Assembly: GCA_964016885.1 (NCBI GenBank)
Contig: OZ024747.1
Coordinates: 66,340,001 to 66,404,000 of the forward strand
DNA: 64,000 nt
Reading direction: 5' to 3'
DNA from: Eledone cirrhosa
Lineage: Eukaryota
Shown here: positions 1 through 12,365 of the stretch, piece after piece
Numbering within the stretch: the stretch's first letter is position 1
How the letters are laid out: every line of letters starts with the position of its first letter
Made by a program: the position numbers and the translations under genes
Notes under the pieces: model-generated
The model's database searches: none
Seen by the model: only the letters and a program-made list of their open reading frames with translations
What the model was told of the DNA's origin: nothing

Positions 1-10
1 ATCTCCAGGT

Positions 11-1930
11 ATGGATGGCATACATGCTGAGCTCCTACAATATGGTGGTGAGAGACTCCTGCAACATCTGCACTCTTTGTTTGGAAGGATATGGGCTAAT
101 GAATCCGTACCTGAGGACTGGAGAGATGTAGTAATGGTGGTCTTGTACAAGGGAAAAGGTAACAGGAATGATTGTGGAAACTACAGAGGTATATCATTGC
201 TTTCTGTCGTAGGGAAAGTTTTATGTAGGGTGCTTCTGGACCGTCTGCTGACACACATTGCAGATTGTGTTCTTCCTGAAAGTCAATCTGGTTTTCGTGC
301 TGGACGTGGCACTACTGATATGATCTTCTCAGCTAGACAGCTCCAGGAGAAGTGCATTGAACAAGGCTTGGATCTGTATCAGGTTTTTGTCGATCTGACA
401 AAGGCTTTCGATGCTGTCAACAGAGAGGCATTATGGAAGATTCTCCAGAAACTTGGTTGCCCTGATAAGTTCCTTGCTTTAGTTAGGTCTTTCCATGACG
501 ACATGAAGGCTTGGGTTAATGTCGGAGGTAACATGTCGGAGCCTATCTCAGTAAAAAATGGAGTGAAACAGGGGGATATTCCAGCACCGACCCTGTTTGC
601 CATATACTTTGCAATGGTTTTCTGTATTGCATTCAGGAATTGCGAGAATGGTGTTTATATCCGATATCGATCCTCACGCAGCATATTTAACATCAGGCGC
701 TTTGCTGCGAAGACAAAAGTATTTACATCAATCATAATAGACCTCTTGTATGCAGATGATTGCGATCTTTTAGCGCACACAGAGAGTGATATGCAGCACA
801 TTTTGAATGCATTTTCATACGCTTGCACTGCCCTGGGTTTGACTGTCAGTCTCAAGAAAACCGTCGTCATGTACCAACCTGCCCCTAGTAAGCAGTACAC
901 TGAACCAAACATCTATGTGTATGGCAAACGACTTGGAGTGGTTGATCAGTTTGTCTACCTGGGAAGCACTGTCAATCGATACGGCAACCTTGACAGTGAA
1001 ATCTCACTTAGGATTAGGAAAGCAAGTGATGCTTTCGGAAAGCTAGAAAGGCGACTCTGGGGTCGGCGAGACATATGCAGGAGGACAAAGGTAAAGGTGT
1101 ACAGGGCATGTGTACTCTCTTGTCTTCTTTATGCCTGTGAGACCTGGGTCACATATCGACACCACCTTAAGCAATTGGAGCGTTTCCATCAGATGTGTCT
1201 CAGACGGATCCATGGCGTTCACTGGAGGGACCACATCAGTGATGTCGAGATTTTAGAAAGCTCTATGTGTGACAGTATAGAAGCTCTTGTGCTTAAGCAA
1301 CGACTCCGTTGGAGTGGTCACCTTGCCAGGATGAAGGATTCTAGAATACCAAAACAACTCTTCTATAGAGAGTTGGTTAAAGGAAAACGACCGCCACATA
1401 AACCAAAAAAGAGGTATAAGGATTCCTTGAAAGCCTCTCTGAAAGACGCTAACATCTCTGCTGATACATGGGAAAATATTGCTGCTGATCGTAATAAATG
1501 GAGAAAGACTGTATATGAGGGAAAAGTTGCCTTTGAGGCATCTCGAATCGCACACGAAAAAGTAAAGCGGGATGTGAGGAAGGGCATTGCTGTTGCACTT
1601 CCAGACGGCGAGGGTCCTCCTATGGTGCTGACATACAGCGTCTGTGCGAGACTCTGCCTAAGCAAGGTTGGACTCGAAAGTCATCTTCGCAGTCATAAAG
1701 TAAGACCAGTGGTTGACTACCAGGCTGCTGTTGGAGATGCTACTCATCATGCTTGCCAAACATGTGGTAGAGAATGTAAATCAGCAGGAGGGCTCAAGCG
1801 ACATGCAAAAGTACACGAACTCCAACCACAGCCGACTATTCCCAGTGAATGTTTTGGTTGCCGACTTTGTGCAAGACATTGTAGATCATTGGCTGGGCTA
1901 AAAAGCCACATTCGATCGCAGCACTGTTAG
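11..1930 (+). CDS. RTE-clade LINE reverse transcriptase ORF (begins upstream of the window) with C-terminal C2H2 zinc fingers
   Basis: RT motifs NYRGISLL, QSGFR, FVDLTKAFD, GVKQG, LLYADD, YLGS and RLRWSGHLARM. C-terminal CxxC-x12-HxxxH fingers (CQTC..HAKVH, CRLC..HIRSQH, plus a degenerate YSVC..HLRSH). A GT/TAT microsatellite tail follows. Confidence 0.95.
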   Translation: MDGIHAELLQYGGERLLQHLHSLFGRIWANESVPEDWRDVVMVVLYKGKGNRNDCGNYRGISLLSVVGKVLCRVLLDRLLTHIADCVLPESQSGFRAGRGTTDMIFSARQLQEKCIEQGLDLYQVFVDLTKAFDAVNREALWKILQKLGCPDKFLALVRSFHDDMKAWVNVGGNMSEPISVKNGVKQGDIPAPTLFAIYFAMVFCIAFRNCENGVYIRYRSSRSIFNIRRFAAKTKVFTSIIIDLLYADDCDLLAHTESDMQHILNAFSYACTALGLTVSLKKTVVMYQPAPSKQYTEPNIYVYGKRLGVVDQFVYLGSTVNRYGNLDSEISLRIRKASDAFGKLERRLWGRRDICRRTKVKVYRACVLSCLLYACETWVTYRHHLKQLERFHQMCLRRIHGVHWRDHISDVEILESSMCDSIEALVLKQRLRWSGHLARMKDSRIPKQLFYRELVKGKRPPHKPKKRYKDSLKASLKDANISADTWENIAADRNKWRKTVYEGKVAFEASRIAHEKVKRDVRKGIAVALPDGEGPPMVLTYSVCARLCLSKVGLESHLRSHKVRPVVDYQAAVGDATHHACQTCGRECKSAGGLKRHAKVHELQPQPTIPSECFGCRLCARHCRSLAGLKSHIRSQHC

Positions 1931-2135
1931 TTGTTATCGTGTGTGTGTGTAGATATGCTTATGTGCGTGCGTATGTGTGTATATATATATGTATATGTAT
2001 ATTATTATTGTTGTTGTCGTTATTATTATTATTGCTATTATTATTATTATTATTATTATTGTTATTAATGTATGTGTGTGTGTGTGTATGTGTGAGTGTG
2101 TGTGTGTGTATGTATGTGTGTATGTATATATGTAT

Positions 2136-2718
2136 GTAACATGTATCCCAGTACAACCTGTCTCATGGTCGGGTCATTGGCGACTAAACTGGCAACCCCA
2201 CCAAGGTTTCTTGGTGAGCAAGGTGACTTTGGACATCCTGCAGGACTAAAAACAAAACCTGTCAAAGGGCAAAAGAGCTCTTAAGAGTCAATGGCCATCC
2301 AAAATCACCGGGAGAGATGACCCCTTAGCCTTTGTCAAAGCAGAATTCTAGGAGAAGGAAAACTCTAATATAACACCTGCAACCCTGATGGTATCCAATG
2401 ATGTTGACTTGTTCTTCTTTTTGGTAAATATCATCTTGGTTAAGAGAGTGGGACTGGCTTTGTGCAGTGCCTTTGCTCACTATAAAAGCTTCACGGCACA
2501 GGCATTGCTTTATATCTGGAAATCTCTCTGCACTTCTCGTCACATGGTACCATGGGCCCAGCACTATGTGTCAATCATTGTCACAAGTGTAGTGTTTGTA
2601 CCAGAGTTTTCAAGTCGCTGGCTGGACTAAAAAGTCACACCCGTTCAGCGCATCGGTAGGGGTTCTCCTACATGGATATAAAGTAGTGGCCGTACTCGAA
2701 AACGAGTTGGCAGCCACC

Positions 2719-2719
<1 letters not shown>
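2136..2719 (+). mobile_element. Solo-LTR-like dispersed repeat, copy 1 (5' ~25 bp missing)
   Basis: Near-identical to the reverse complement of 23876-24484. Contains a TATAAAA box at ~2481, ends ...GCAGCCACCA and is flanked by microsatellite. Confidence 0.6.
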
Positions 2720-2770
<51 letters not shown>

Positions 2771-2978
2771 CTTTTCTTTTTTTTTTTTATTTATTTATTT
2801 ATTTATTATTATTATTATTATTTTATTTTATTTTTTTTTTTATTATTATTTTTTTTTTTCTTCTCGTGCAATGGCCATACTCGATAACGAGGGGGCAGCC
2901 ATCATGTATGTATGTATGTATGTATGTATGTATGTATGTATGTATGTATGTATGTATGTATGTATGTACGTAAGTATG

Positions 2979-3128
2979 TGAAGTGGAGACGTTTGATCAA
3001 GTCAGGTAGTGAACACTTTGAAACTCGTCGAAGAGAACACCTAATACTGAAAAGGAAGGTGAGGAAAAGAGACTGTTCTGAACTATTGAACATCATCTGG
3101 CTTGTCAGCACGGTGGTCGAGTTTGCCT
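2979..3128 (+). pseudogene. RTE C-terminal fragment
   Basis: [29 protein letters not shown] resembles KWRKTVYEGKVAFEASRIAHEKVKRDVRK in the 11-1930 ORF. Confidence 0.65.
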
Positions 3129-3227
3129 ATATATATATATATACATACATATATATATATATAGATATATATATATTATATATATATAGATATATAGATA
3201 TATATATATCAGTATATAGAGAGAAGT

Positions 3228-3350
<123 letters not shown>

Positions 3351-3351
3351 G

Positions 3352-3481
<130 letters not shown>

Positions 3482-3645
3482 ATATAGAGAGAAGTACACA
3501 TAGAGATATGTGTTCAATCATGGGGAATTTAAAACCGCCAGTGTGTGGAACATATTAACTACTGAAAAAATGATGAATACAAATCAATTAAAAAATATAT
3601 TAAAGTGTTCTAACCATCCAATTATAAAGAAATATAGAATTAAAG

Positions 3646-3726
3646 CATCCGGACATGCTCAAATTAGAGTATGTTTCTCTATTATAAGTGGAGTTTACAT
3701 ACTGAAGTATAACTCATCGGCGGATG
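3646..3726 (-). ncRNA. Type I hammerhead-like motif, U4C core, imperfect stem II
   Basis: Minus strand reads CATCCG-CCGATGA-gttata..tataat-aga-GAAA-catactc..gagcatg-TC-CGGATG. Stem I is 6 bp, with a GUC site. Confidence 0.5.
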
Positions 3727-3732
3727 TCCTCG

Positions 3733-3785
<53 letters not shown>

Positions 3786-3829
3786 TTCAAAATATTAATA
3801 AAGATAGACATTCACGTAATCAAAATATA

Positions 3830-3891
3830 TTTTATTATATATATTTCGAAGGTACTGTGCTTTTTTTTCAGTACCTCCTCATCAGATAAAA
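3830..3891 (-). ncRNA. Minimal type I hammerhead ribozyme
   Basis: Minus strand reads ttttat-CTGATGA-ggaggtactg..cagtaccttc-GAAA-tatata-TA-ataaaa. A homologue lies at 12307-12365. Confidence 0.8.
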
Positions 3892-3949
3892 TATATAAAT
3901 TGATGTATGACATACGTCAACTGTGATGATGGTTCAATTTCACTTTTGG

Positions 3950-3985
<36 letters not shown>

Positions 3986-4828
3986 GTGTCTGTGTTATGT
4001 GTGTACGAGTCAGGTCACATGTAAGGTCAACGGTGATTACATAATCAAGCTATGCTTTCATTCAACCGTTATTTCAGTGAGTGTAAATAGACAGAACGTT
4101 CGATTATTTTTTAAATATTGACAATCAAAGAACAACATTGAAGAATATAAATTATCTAGAATATAAGTTATCAACAATTATAGTCATCGCCAATATTAAC
4201 CATCAAGAATATAAATTCCAGCTATGTAATTCTTTTATTACAGATTTATTTAGTTCTTGGCAAAGTTACAGCCGACCAATAACAAAATGACAAGGCTTCT
4301 TTGAGTTGAGACAGTTAATGTATATATATGTGTGTGGGGTGTGAGTGTGTTAGTGTATACATATATATATATATGTGTGTGTTAGTGTGTGTATATATGA
4401 GAGTATGTGCGTCTATGAGTATGTGAAAGGATTAGTATATATATATATGAGTAAGTTAGTATGTATATGAATGTATGTGTGTGTGTGTATGTGATTAATG
4501 TCAACGTATGCGTATGTTATATGCGCATATCTCATAGTGCGTATATGTGTTTATTTCATGAAACTAAAATTGAAAATCTTTAGAATATTTTACAAATCTT
4601 TACTGTACAACTTATTGGTTAAATTTGGAGGTTGTGTGTGAGTTTTTATTGTTACTCGGCAATTCTACGGTTTTAGGTTAAAGTATTGTTACATAGCTAG
4701 TGAATATATTGCTACAAATGTGAATTCATTATTCAATACCCATATAATGACGATAGCCAACATTCCAGTGGTTTTCTATAGTTTGCCTATCTGTAAGTGA
4801 AGGGTTGTTGCTATACAATACAGTAAAA

Positions 4829-4995
4829 CAGGCATGTCAGACTGAGGATCCACCGAGGGCCACATGGCTCACATATGTGTTGTCTGAGGGCCACACATGA
4901 CAACTAATATTTTTTTTCTATATTACGCTCGCGCTGTAAAGACCTTTGAGCGGCTACATGTGTGCTTTTACAGGGCCGCATGTTTGACATGCCTG
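4829..4995. mobile_element. hAT-type MITE (167 bp)
   Basis: TIRs CAGGCATGTCA...TGACATGCCTG, with an exact 8-bp TSD CAGTAAAA at 4821-4828 and 4996-5003. Confidence 0.9.
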
Positions 4996-5269
4996 CAGTA
5001 AAATATTTCATGTGTAACCATTGGATATTTCAGTTTATGGTCGATGTTCTTTTACAACTTCATCTATCATAGACAATGTCAAATCAATAGATTCTCTAGT
5101 GGATCATATCATTATCCTAAATTCTTGAACTTTCTATAGACTAGCTCAGTACGGAAAACGCCCATTAAGCAGAAATAGCGATATCTACAGATAGACTTGC
5201 TTAATTTAGTAAATTTTAAATTTATTTAATTTAAAATGTCATCAAGACATCACAATTATTATTGTCGAT

Positions 5270-5470
5270 TGGCAGTGTCAATAGAGCCTCGGACAACACA
5301 TGCTTTGCAGCATAGAGTTACGGCCCTTTGCAGTCTGAGTTCAAATCCTGCAATTCATCCTTACAGGGGCGATAAAATAAAGCACCAGTAATGCACTGGG
5401 GTCAAATTAATCGACTTTTTCCTCCCCCAAAATTGCTGACCTTGTGCCTAAAGTAGAAACAATTATTATT
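5270..5470 (+). mobile_element. tRNA-derived SINE
   Basis: B-box GAGTTCAAATCC, central TTCATCCTTAC.GGG.CGATAAAATAAAG.ACCAG domain, 3' CTTGTGCCTAAAGTAGAAAC and an (ATT)n tail. Five more copies occur in the window. Confidence 0.85.
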
Positions 5471-5654
5471 TGTCGTTGTTGTTGTTGTTTCACTGTGGTG
5501 ACCCATACAAACATTTCTCTCCCACCCCCGAGTATGATTGCAACCAAAAACAATTTACATATCATTACCTTTCTTTCATTTAGTAGTTGATTGAGGCAAA
5601 TAGTGAAGTTCTCCTTAAATCTTGCTCTAAATGTGTATTCTGAGCTGTTTATAT

Positions 5655-6077
5655 ACTCTCCATGTACCGGTCGCTCTCCGACAGGTTTGCGGTCGTACTC
5701 TTGGCAGTGGAGACTTCTGGTGTCCTTGGCCCTAGGGCTACCTCCCTACTTACCACCATAGGCGTTGAGCTGGTTAGCCGCAGGGGTGAGCCTCGCGAGA
5801 TGGAATGGCTCTTCCAGCGCATCTCCCTTGCCATCCTCCGGGGAAACGCCTTCTCCATTCTGTCTGCGGGGGCTGTGGGGCGGCCAGTACATGGGACCCC
5901 ATTTGCTCACTATACAGAGAGATGGGGAGAGCGAGAGAGATGGAGACGATGACAGTGGGAGTTCGGCTCTTCCACGTTCGGACCATATCCTTGTGTTTAT
6001 CATCTATATGGAAAATTATTTATTACCCTAGATTTACTTACTGTAGTAAATGTATGTTTAGACAAGTGAACTTTAGA
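5655..6077 (+). mobile_element. 5'-truncated CRE-like (RLE-type) non-LTR retrotransposon between ~70-bp direct repeats
   Basis: AVETSGVLG..IG..GEPR..WLFQRISLAILRGNAFSIL resembles the conserved CRE-like C-terminus. Flanks 5582-5654 and 6078-6146 are diverged direct repeats. Confidence 0.7.
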
Positions 6078-6359
6078 AGTAGTTGATTGAGGCAAATAGT
6101 GAAGTTCTTAAATCTTACTCTGAGCTGTATTCTGAGCTGTTTATATTCTTCCCTCATTTCTAATATGAAAAGAACTATGTAATGGTGGTGGTTCTATCTC
6201 TGTGTTAATGTTATCATTTTTACTTTAACCCTGGTTCATGTTTTAATTTTTTTTTTTTTTTTTTTTCGTCAAAGCAGAATCTACTGAGCTCTCGATTCTG
6301 TTACTGTGTATATTTGACAGCTGATTGTGTTAGATCGAGCTGCATCACTTGTCAATTGT

Positions 6360-7100
6360 ACGGATGGCTGGCTGACTAGCTAGTTGGGTGGATGGATAAA
6401 TAACTGGTTGGCTGGTTAGATGGTTGGTTTACTGGCTGGTTGGGTAGATAGAAAGCTTGATGGATATATAGATAGGTGGCTGGCTGGATGTTTTGATGAA
6501 TGAATGGATGGTTAACTGGCTAACTGGCTGGCTGGATGGTTGGGTGTATGGATAAATAACTGGCTGGGTGGGTAGATGGTTGGCTGGTTGGATGTTTTGA
6601 TGGATGAATGAATGGCTGGCTGGCTGGATGACTGAATGGAGGGATACATGGATTGTTGAACACGTAGATAGGTGGATGAAGTAGATGGAAGGGAGGCTAG
6701 GATGGGTGGTTGGAGGTGGGGTGGCTGAATGGATCGATTAGAGCGTGTTTGGCTACCTTGGTTGATGGATGGATGGTTGGGTGTCTGGCTGGATGGTTGG
6801 GTGATAGATCACTAGCTGGCTAGATGGAGGGATAGTTGGGTAGATGGATGGATGAAAGGGTGAGTGGCTACCTGGATTGATGGATGGATGTGTGGGTGTC
6901 TGGCTGGCTGGATGGAGGGTTAGATAAATGGATGGATGGATAGGTAGATGGATTAGTGGAAGGCTGTATGTGTGGATTGGGAGATGAATGGATGAAAAAG
7001 GCAGATGGGTAAGTGTTTGGATGTTTGACTTCCTGGATGGGTGGATGGGTGGTAGATAGCTGGATGGTGGGACAGATTGCTGGATGGATGGGTGGCTCCT
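6360..7100. repeat. Degenerate (GGAT/GGCT/GGTG)n tetranucleotide satellite
   Basis: Visible tandem TGGA/TGGC units. Confidence 0.85.
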
Positions 7101-7431
7101 GGAAGAATTGAAAATTGTTTGTCTCTATGAAGGTGCGTATGTATACGTGTATGTAAATCTGTGTGTGGTATTCATGTTTGTATGTATGAGTGCGTGTATA
7201 TATGTGTGTATACATGAATCTAAATGTGTGTGTGTGTGTCTACATGTGTGTGTATACGTGTATGTATATCTGTGTGTGGTATTCATGTTTGTATGTATGA
7301 GTGCATGTATATGTGTGTATACATGAATCTAAATGTGTATTTGGGTCTGTGTGTGTGTGTGTACATCACTCACAATCACCGCATCACACAAACGACTAAA
7401 ACTACACACATACAAAAATACATTCACACAG

Positions 7432-7479
<48 letters not shown>

Positions 7480-7643
7480 TAAAATAACAGATTAAAGTTT
7501 AAGCAAAGAATCGCTGCTTTTACATTTAACGGGATCTTCTGTTATTTTAATAAATATTTGCTCTAGGGTTCTTATATATTTGATATATATTTATCCTTAT
7601 CGAGCCCTCTTTGGATTTTAGTCTTCACATTTATTATTATTAC

Positions 7644-7713
<70 letters not shown>

Positions 7714-7721
<8 letters not shown>

Positions 7722-8067
7722 AATCTACCAAAATATACGGTAATGTCCAATCCGTATGAAGAACTCAATGTAATCCAAATATCATGAAAAGAGAAGATGC
7801 ATTCAAAAATTTTCGATGAAAATCATAGGAAAACAGAGTCAAGATAAATTAATAAAAACAATGAAATAAAAACAAAGAACAAGTTCCTTATATTAAAAAA
7901 TTCATGATTTTACGATCGTTTCTAGGATGTATATGTGTGTTGGTATGTATATCATATAGATCTATGTAAATATATGACAAATTATCAGAGGAAATATACA
8001 TACCAACACACATATACATCCTAGAAACGATCGTAAAATGATGAAATTTTAATATAAGGAACTTGTT
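7714..8067. mobile_element. Orphan PLE pLTR fragment folded into a palindrome
   Basis: 7714-7950 is homologous to the reverse complement of ~60800-61035. Arms 7878-7951 and 7994-8067 are inverted, and each carries only the GAAACGATCGT half of the hammerhead. Confidence 0.75.
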
Positions 8068-8077
8068 ATATATATAT

Positions 8078-8195
<118 letters not shown>

Positions 8196-8530
8196 GCATA
8201 CACGGACAGACAAATGGCCATACAAAGGAATACAGAAGTTACCTACAGAAGTAGAACAATGTATTCGTGGATGTGTTGTGTCTTTAAAATACGAAACATA
8301 CATTGCAGAGTTATAAATACTTAAAGAAAGTTCGATTACACTGACATAAAGTTCGATTAATATCGAATCATAGACGTTCAATGTTTTTCCACTCTAACAA
8401 GATTAAATGACTAAAGATTAAATTATTATACACATATATATATATATGCATTTGTGTATGTATTTATATATATATGTGTGTGTGTGTTTGAATGTGTATA
8501 TATATGTGTGTGTATATATGTATATATATG

Positions 8531-8657
<127 letters not shown>

Positions 8658-8675
8658 GTGTATATATATATATAC

Positions 8676-8714
<39 letters not shown>

Positions 8715-8718
<4 letters not shown>

Positions 8719-9295
8719 TTGAAAAAAAATGAAAACGAAATTTCATTTCTCACTCTTAGTATGGCACTTACTTAAATGTAAGTATGTATGTATACGTACA
8801 TACATATATGTATACAGACGTACAGTAGCATGCATATATATATATACATACATATACACATATGCATACAGGTACACATACATATATGCACGCATCAGTT
8901 TAGCCGACGTTTATTATAACGCCTGCTTTGTTCGTTTGTTTGTCAACAAATCGAACAGCCTGAATTTATGCCATACGGTGTTAAGGCAACCACGTCACCT
9001 TTTTGTTCAACACTGACACAGGAACGATGTACTAGTTTCAAGCTTGTTAGTTATCATCAGCACCGTTTACCCATCTGCCAGATAGTTGAACGTTCGAAAG
9101 TATATACTTTCCTTATGAAAATTAACGGCTGAGCAGCCTAATTTGCATATTGAGTGAGTTAAATCGGTCAGGCATACCGAAAACGATAAGTTGAAAAAAA
9201 ATGAAAACGAAATTTCATTTCTCACTCTTAGTATGGCACTTACTTAAATGTAAGTATGTATGTATACGTACATACATATATGTATACAGACGTAC
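8715..9295 (-). mobile_element. Non-coding hammerhead-bearing tandem repeat (retrozyme-like), ~1.2 monomers
   Basis: 472-bp period (TAAGTTGAAAAAAAATG at 8715 and 9187). It is the reverse complement of the 10734-12095 array, has no credible ORF and contains an HHR. Confidence 0.75.
9023..9067 (-). ncRNA. Minimal type I hammerhead ribozyme
   Basis: aacggtg-CTGATGA-taact aaca agctt-GAAA-ctag-TA-catcgtt. Confidence 0.7.
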
Positions 9296-10663
9296 GAGAG
9301 TAACAATATGCTGAACTCCAACCAGCATGGATTCCGTAATGGAAGGGATTGCCTGACGCAACTACTGCATCACTTTGATGACATTTTGAGAGCCTTGGGA
9401 GAGGGTTCCAACACTGATGTTATCTACCTTGATTTCAGCAAGGCCTTTGACAGGGTTGATCATAACATTCTACTGAGAAAGCTGTCCAATATTGGTGTCA
9501 CTGGAAAGCTGCTGCAGTGGATCAAGAGCTTCCTGTCAAACAGAACCCAACATGTTGTAGTTGAGGGAGTCAAATCAAGCCCAGCCAAAGTCAGTAGTGG
9601 AGTCCCACAAGGCACTGTGTTGGGCCCACTTCTCTTCATCATCTATATTAATGACATCACTGACATCATCAAACACAGCAACATTAAAATTTTCGCTGAT
9701 GATTCCAAGCTCCAAAAGGTCATCAATGGCGTGGATGACCGGATAAGCCTTCAGTCAGACCTACTGGCTGTTACCCAATGGGCAGAAAAGAACAACATGT
9801 TACTGAACGAAGACAAATTCGAACTGATCCACTTTGGAAAAGAGGATGCTCTGAAACTCCCGTACTCCCTTCCCTCCGGGGAAACTCTCGTGGCATCTAA
9901 CAACATCAGAGACTTGGGAGTAACCGTGGACAGCAACATAAGCTGGACCACGCATATAAGCAGCAAAGTTGACATGGCCCGCAGAATGTGTTCCTGGATC
10001 CTCAGAACCTTCCAGTCGAGAGATTCCCGCACCATTATCCTTCTCTTCTCTACTTTCGCCCGACCACACCTTGAATACTGTTGTCCACTGTGGTCTCCCC
10101 ACACGAAACAAAGTATCATGAAACTTGAAGCTCCTCAAAGGGCAATCACGAAAAAGATAGATGGCATGTCAGACCTTGACTACTGGGGTCGATTGGAAAA
10201 CCTGAAACTTTACTCACTCCAACGTCGCCGTGAGCGTTATATTATCTGCATGATGTGGAAAATGTTCCATCATCACTGCCCAAATGATGTTGGCATCGCC
10301 TTCAAGATACACCCAAGGCTTGGGCCCCGTGCTATCCGTCCCATTCAAAAATCTAAATCGCAACTCATAACAACAATACGGCACAATTATTTCACCTCAA
10401 TCGGCCCTGCTCTCTTCAACATCACACCAGGACACGTCAAAACAGAAACTGACCACACAAAATTCAAGAAGTCTTTGGACAAATTCCTCCAAGTAATCCC
10501 GGACAAACCACCCACACCCGGATATGTCTCCGCAAACAGTAATTCTCTTCTCGAATGGGCCATGGTGCCCAAATCCTGAATTGAAAGACTTCGCCAGGTG
10601 GTGCTATTAAGTTAGACATGGCCTGGGCCAATACTGGCCAAAACATTTCAAAGTTATTCAAAG

Positions 10664-10666
<3 letters not shown>
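9296..10666 (+). mobile_element. 5'-truncated CR1-group LINE (RT ORF to 10579)
   Basis: QHGFR, YLDFSKAFD, SGVPQGTVLGP, FADD and LEYCCPLWSP. The 3' tail ends (TTCAAAGTTA)2 and runs into (TA)n. Confidence 0.9.
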
Positions 10667-10704
<38 letters not shown>

Positions 10705-10782
10705 CATATACACATATGCATACAGGTACACATACTGATGCGTGCATATATGTATGTGTACCTGTATGCATATGTGTATATG

Positions 10783-10850
<68 letters not shown>

Positions 10851-11085
10851 TGCTACTGTACGTCTGTATACATATATGTATGTACGTATACATACATACT
10901 TACATTTAAGTAAGTGCCATACTAAGAGTGAGAAATGAAATTTCGTTTTCATTTTTTTTCAACTTATCGTTTTCGGTATGCCTGACCGATTTAACTCACT
11001 CAATATGCAAATTAGGCTGCTCAGCCGTTAATTTTCATAAGGAAAGTATATACTTTCGAACGTTCAACTATCTGGCAGATGGGTA

Positions 11086-11130
11086 AACGGTGCTGATGAT
11101 AGCTAACAAGCTTGAAACTAGTACATCCTT
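11086..11130 (+). ncRNA. Minimal type I hammerhead ribozyme
   Basis: aacggtg-CTGATGA-t agct aaca agct t-GAAA-ctag-TA-catcctt. Confidence 0.75.
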
Positions 11131-11306
11131 CATGTGTCAGTGTTGAACAAAAAGGTGACGTGGTTGCCTTAACACCGTATGGCATAAATTCAGGCTGTTC
11201 GATTTGTTGACAAACAAACGAACAAAGCAGGCGTTATAATAAACGTCGGCTAAACTGATGCGTGCATATATGTATGTGTACCTGTATGCATATGTGTATA
11301 TGTATG

Positions 11307-11374
<68 letters not shown>

Positions 11375-11609
11375 TGCTACTGTACGTCTGTATACATATA
11401 TGTATGTACGTATACATACATACTTACATTTAAGTAAGTGCCATACTAAGAGTGAGAAATGAAATTTCGTTTTCATTTTTTTTCAACTTATCGTTTTCGG
11501 TATGCCTGACCGATTTAACTCACTCAATATGCAAATTAGGCTGCTCAGCCGTTAATTTTCATAAGGAAAGTATATACTTTCGAACGTTCAACTATCTGGC
11601 AGATGGGTA

Positions 11610-11654
11610 AACGGTGCTGATGATAGCTAACAAGCTTGAAACTAGTACATCGTT
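11610..11654 (+). ncRNA. Minimal type I hammerhead ribozyme
   Basis: aacggtg-CTGATGA-t agct aaca agct t-GAAA-ctag-TA-catcgtt. Stem I is 7 bp and stem III is the palindrome CTAG. Confidence 0.8.
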
Positions 11655-11826
11655 CCTATGTCAGTGTTGAACAAAAAGGTGACGTGGTTGCCTTAACACC
11701 GTATGGCATAAATTCAGGCTGTTCGATTTGTTGACAAACAAACGAACAAAGCAGGCGTTATAATAAACGTCGGCTAAACTGATGCGTGCATATATGTATG
11801 TGTACCTGTATGCATATGTGTATATG

Positions 11827-11920
<94 letters not shown>

Positions 11921-11970
11921 TGCTACTGTACGTCTGTATACATATATGTATGTACGTATACATACATACT

Positions 11971-12040
<70 letters not shown>

Positions 12041-12090
12041 TGCTACTGTACGTCTGTATACATATATGTATGTACGTATACATACATACT

Positions 12091-12183
<93 letters not shown>

Positions 12184-12209
12184 TATTATATATATATATA
12201 TATATGCAG

Positions 12210-12261
<52 letters not shown>

Positions 12262-12306
12262 CAGAATATTAACAAATGAAGACATTCACATAATCAAAAT
12301 ATATGT

Positions 12307-12365
12307 TTTATTATATATATTTCGAAGGTACTGTGTTGTTTTTCAGTACGTCCTCGTCAGATAAA
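12307..12365 (-). ncRNA. Minimal type I hammerhead ribozyme (family of 3830)
   Basis: tttat-CTGACGA-ggacgtactg..cagtaccttc-GAAA-tatata-TA-ataaa. The surrounding ~12256-12430 is homologous to ~3785-3950. Confidence 0.8.

Larger units (their letters stand above)
10734..12095 (+). mobile_element. Non-coding hammerhead-bearing tandem array (retrozyme-like), ~2.4 monomers of 520-524 bp
   Basis: Monomers start ACTGATGCGTGC at 10734, 11254 and 11778, each with an internal variable (TA)n. A short inverted piece lies at ~10699-10734. Confidence 0.8.

Noticed and set aside
2709-2721. Perfect Kozak GCCACCATG
   Set aside because: It arises by chance at the junction of the repeat end with the microsatellite. 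The other copy reads GCCACCATA.
4041-4107. Half hammerhead on the minus strand (ataatc...GAAA-gcatagc-TT-gattat)
   Set aside because: There is no CUGANGA-like core next to stem I. It is at best a decayed relic.
7540-7630. Hairpin-rich pLTR-like island
   Set aside because: I could not assemble a complete hammerhead core.
9260-9295. Start of the 439-aa ORF
   Set aside because: The ATG and first 12 codons come from the adjacent repeat. The LINE is 5'-truncated.
8715-12095. CRISPR-like repeat/spacer pattern
   Set aside because: These are long tandem monomers with no unique spacers, no cas genes and a eukaryotic context.
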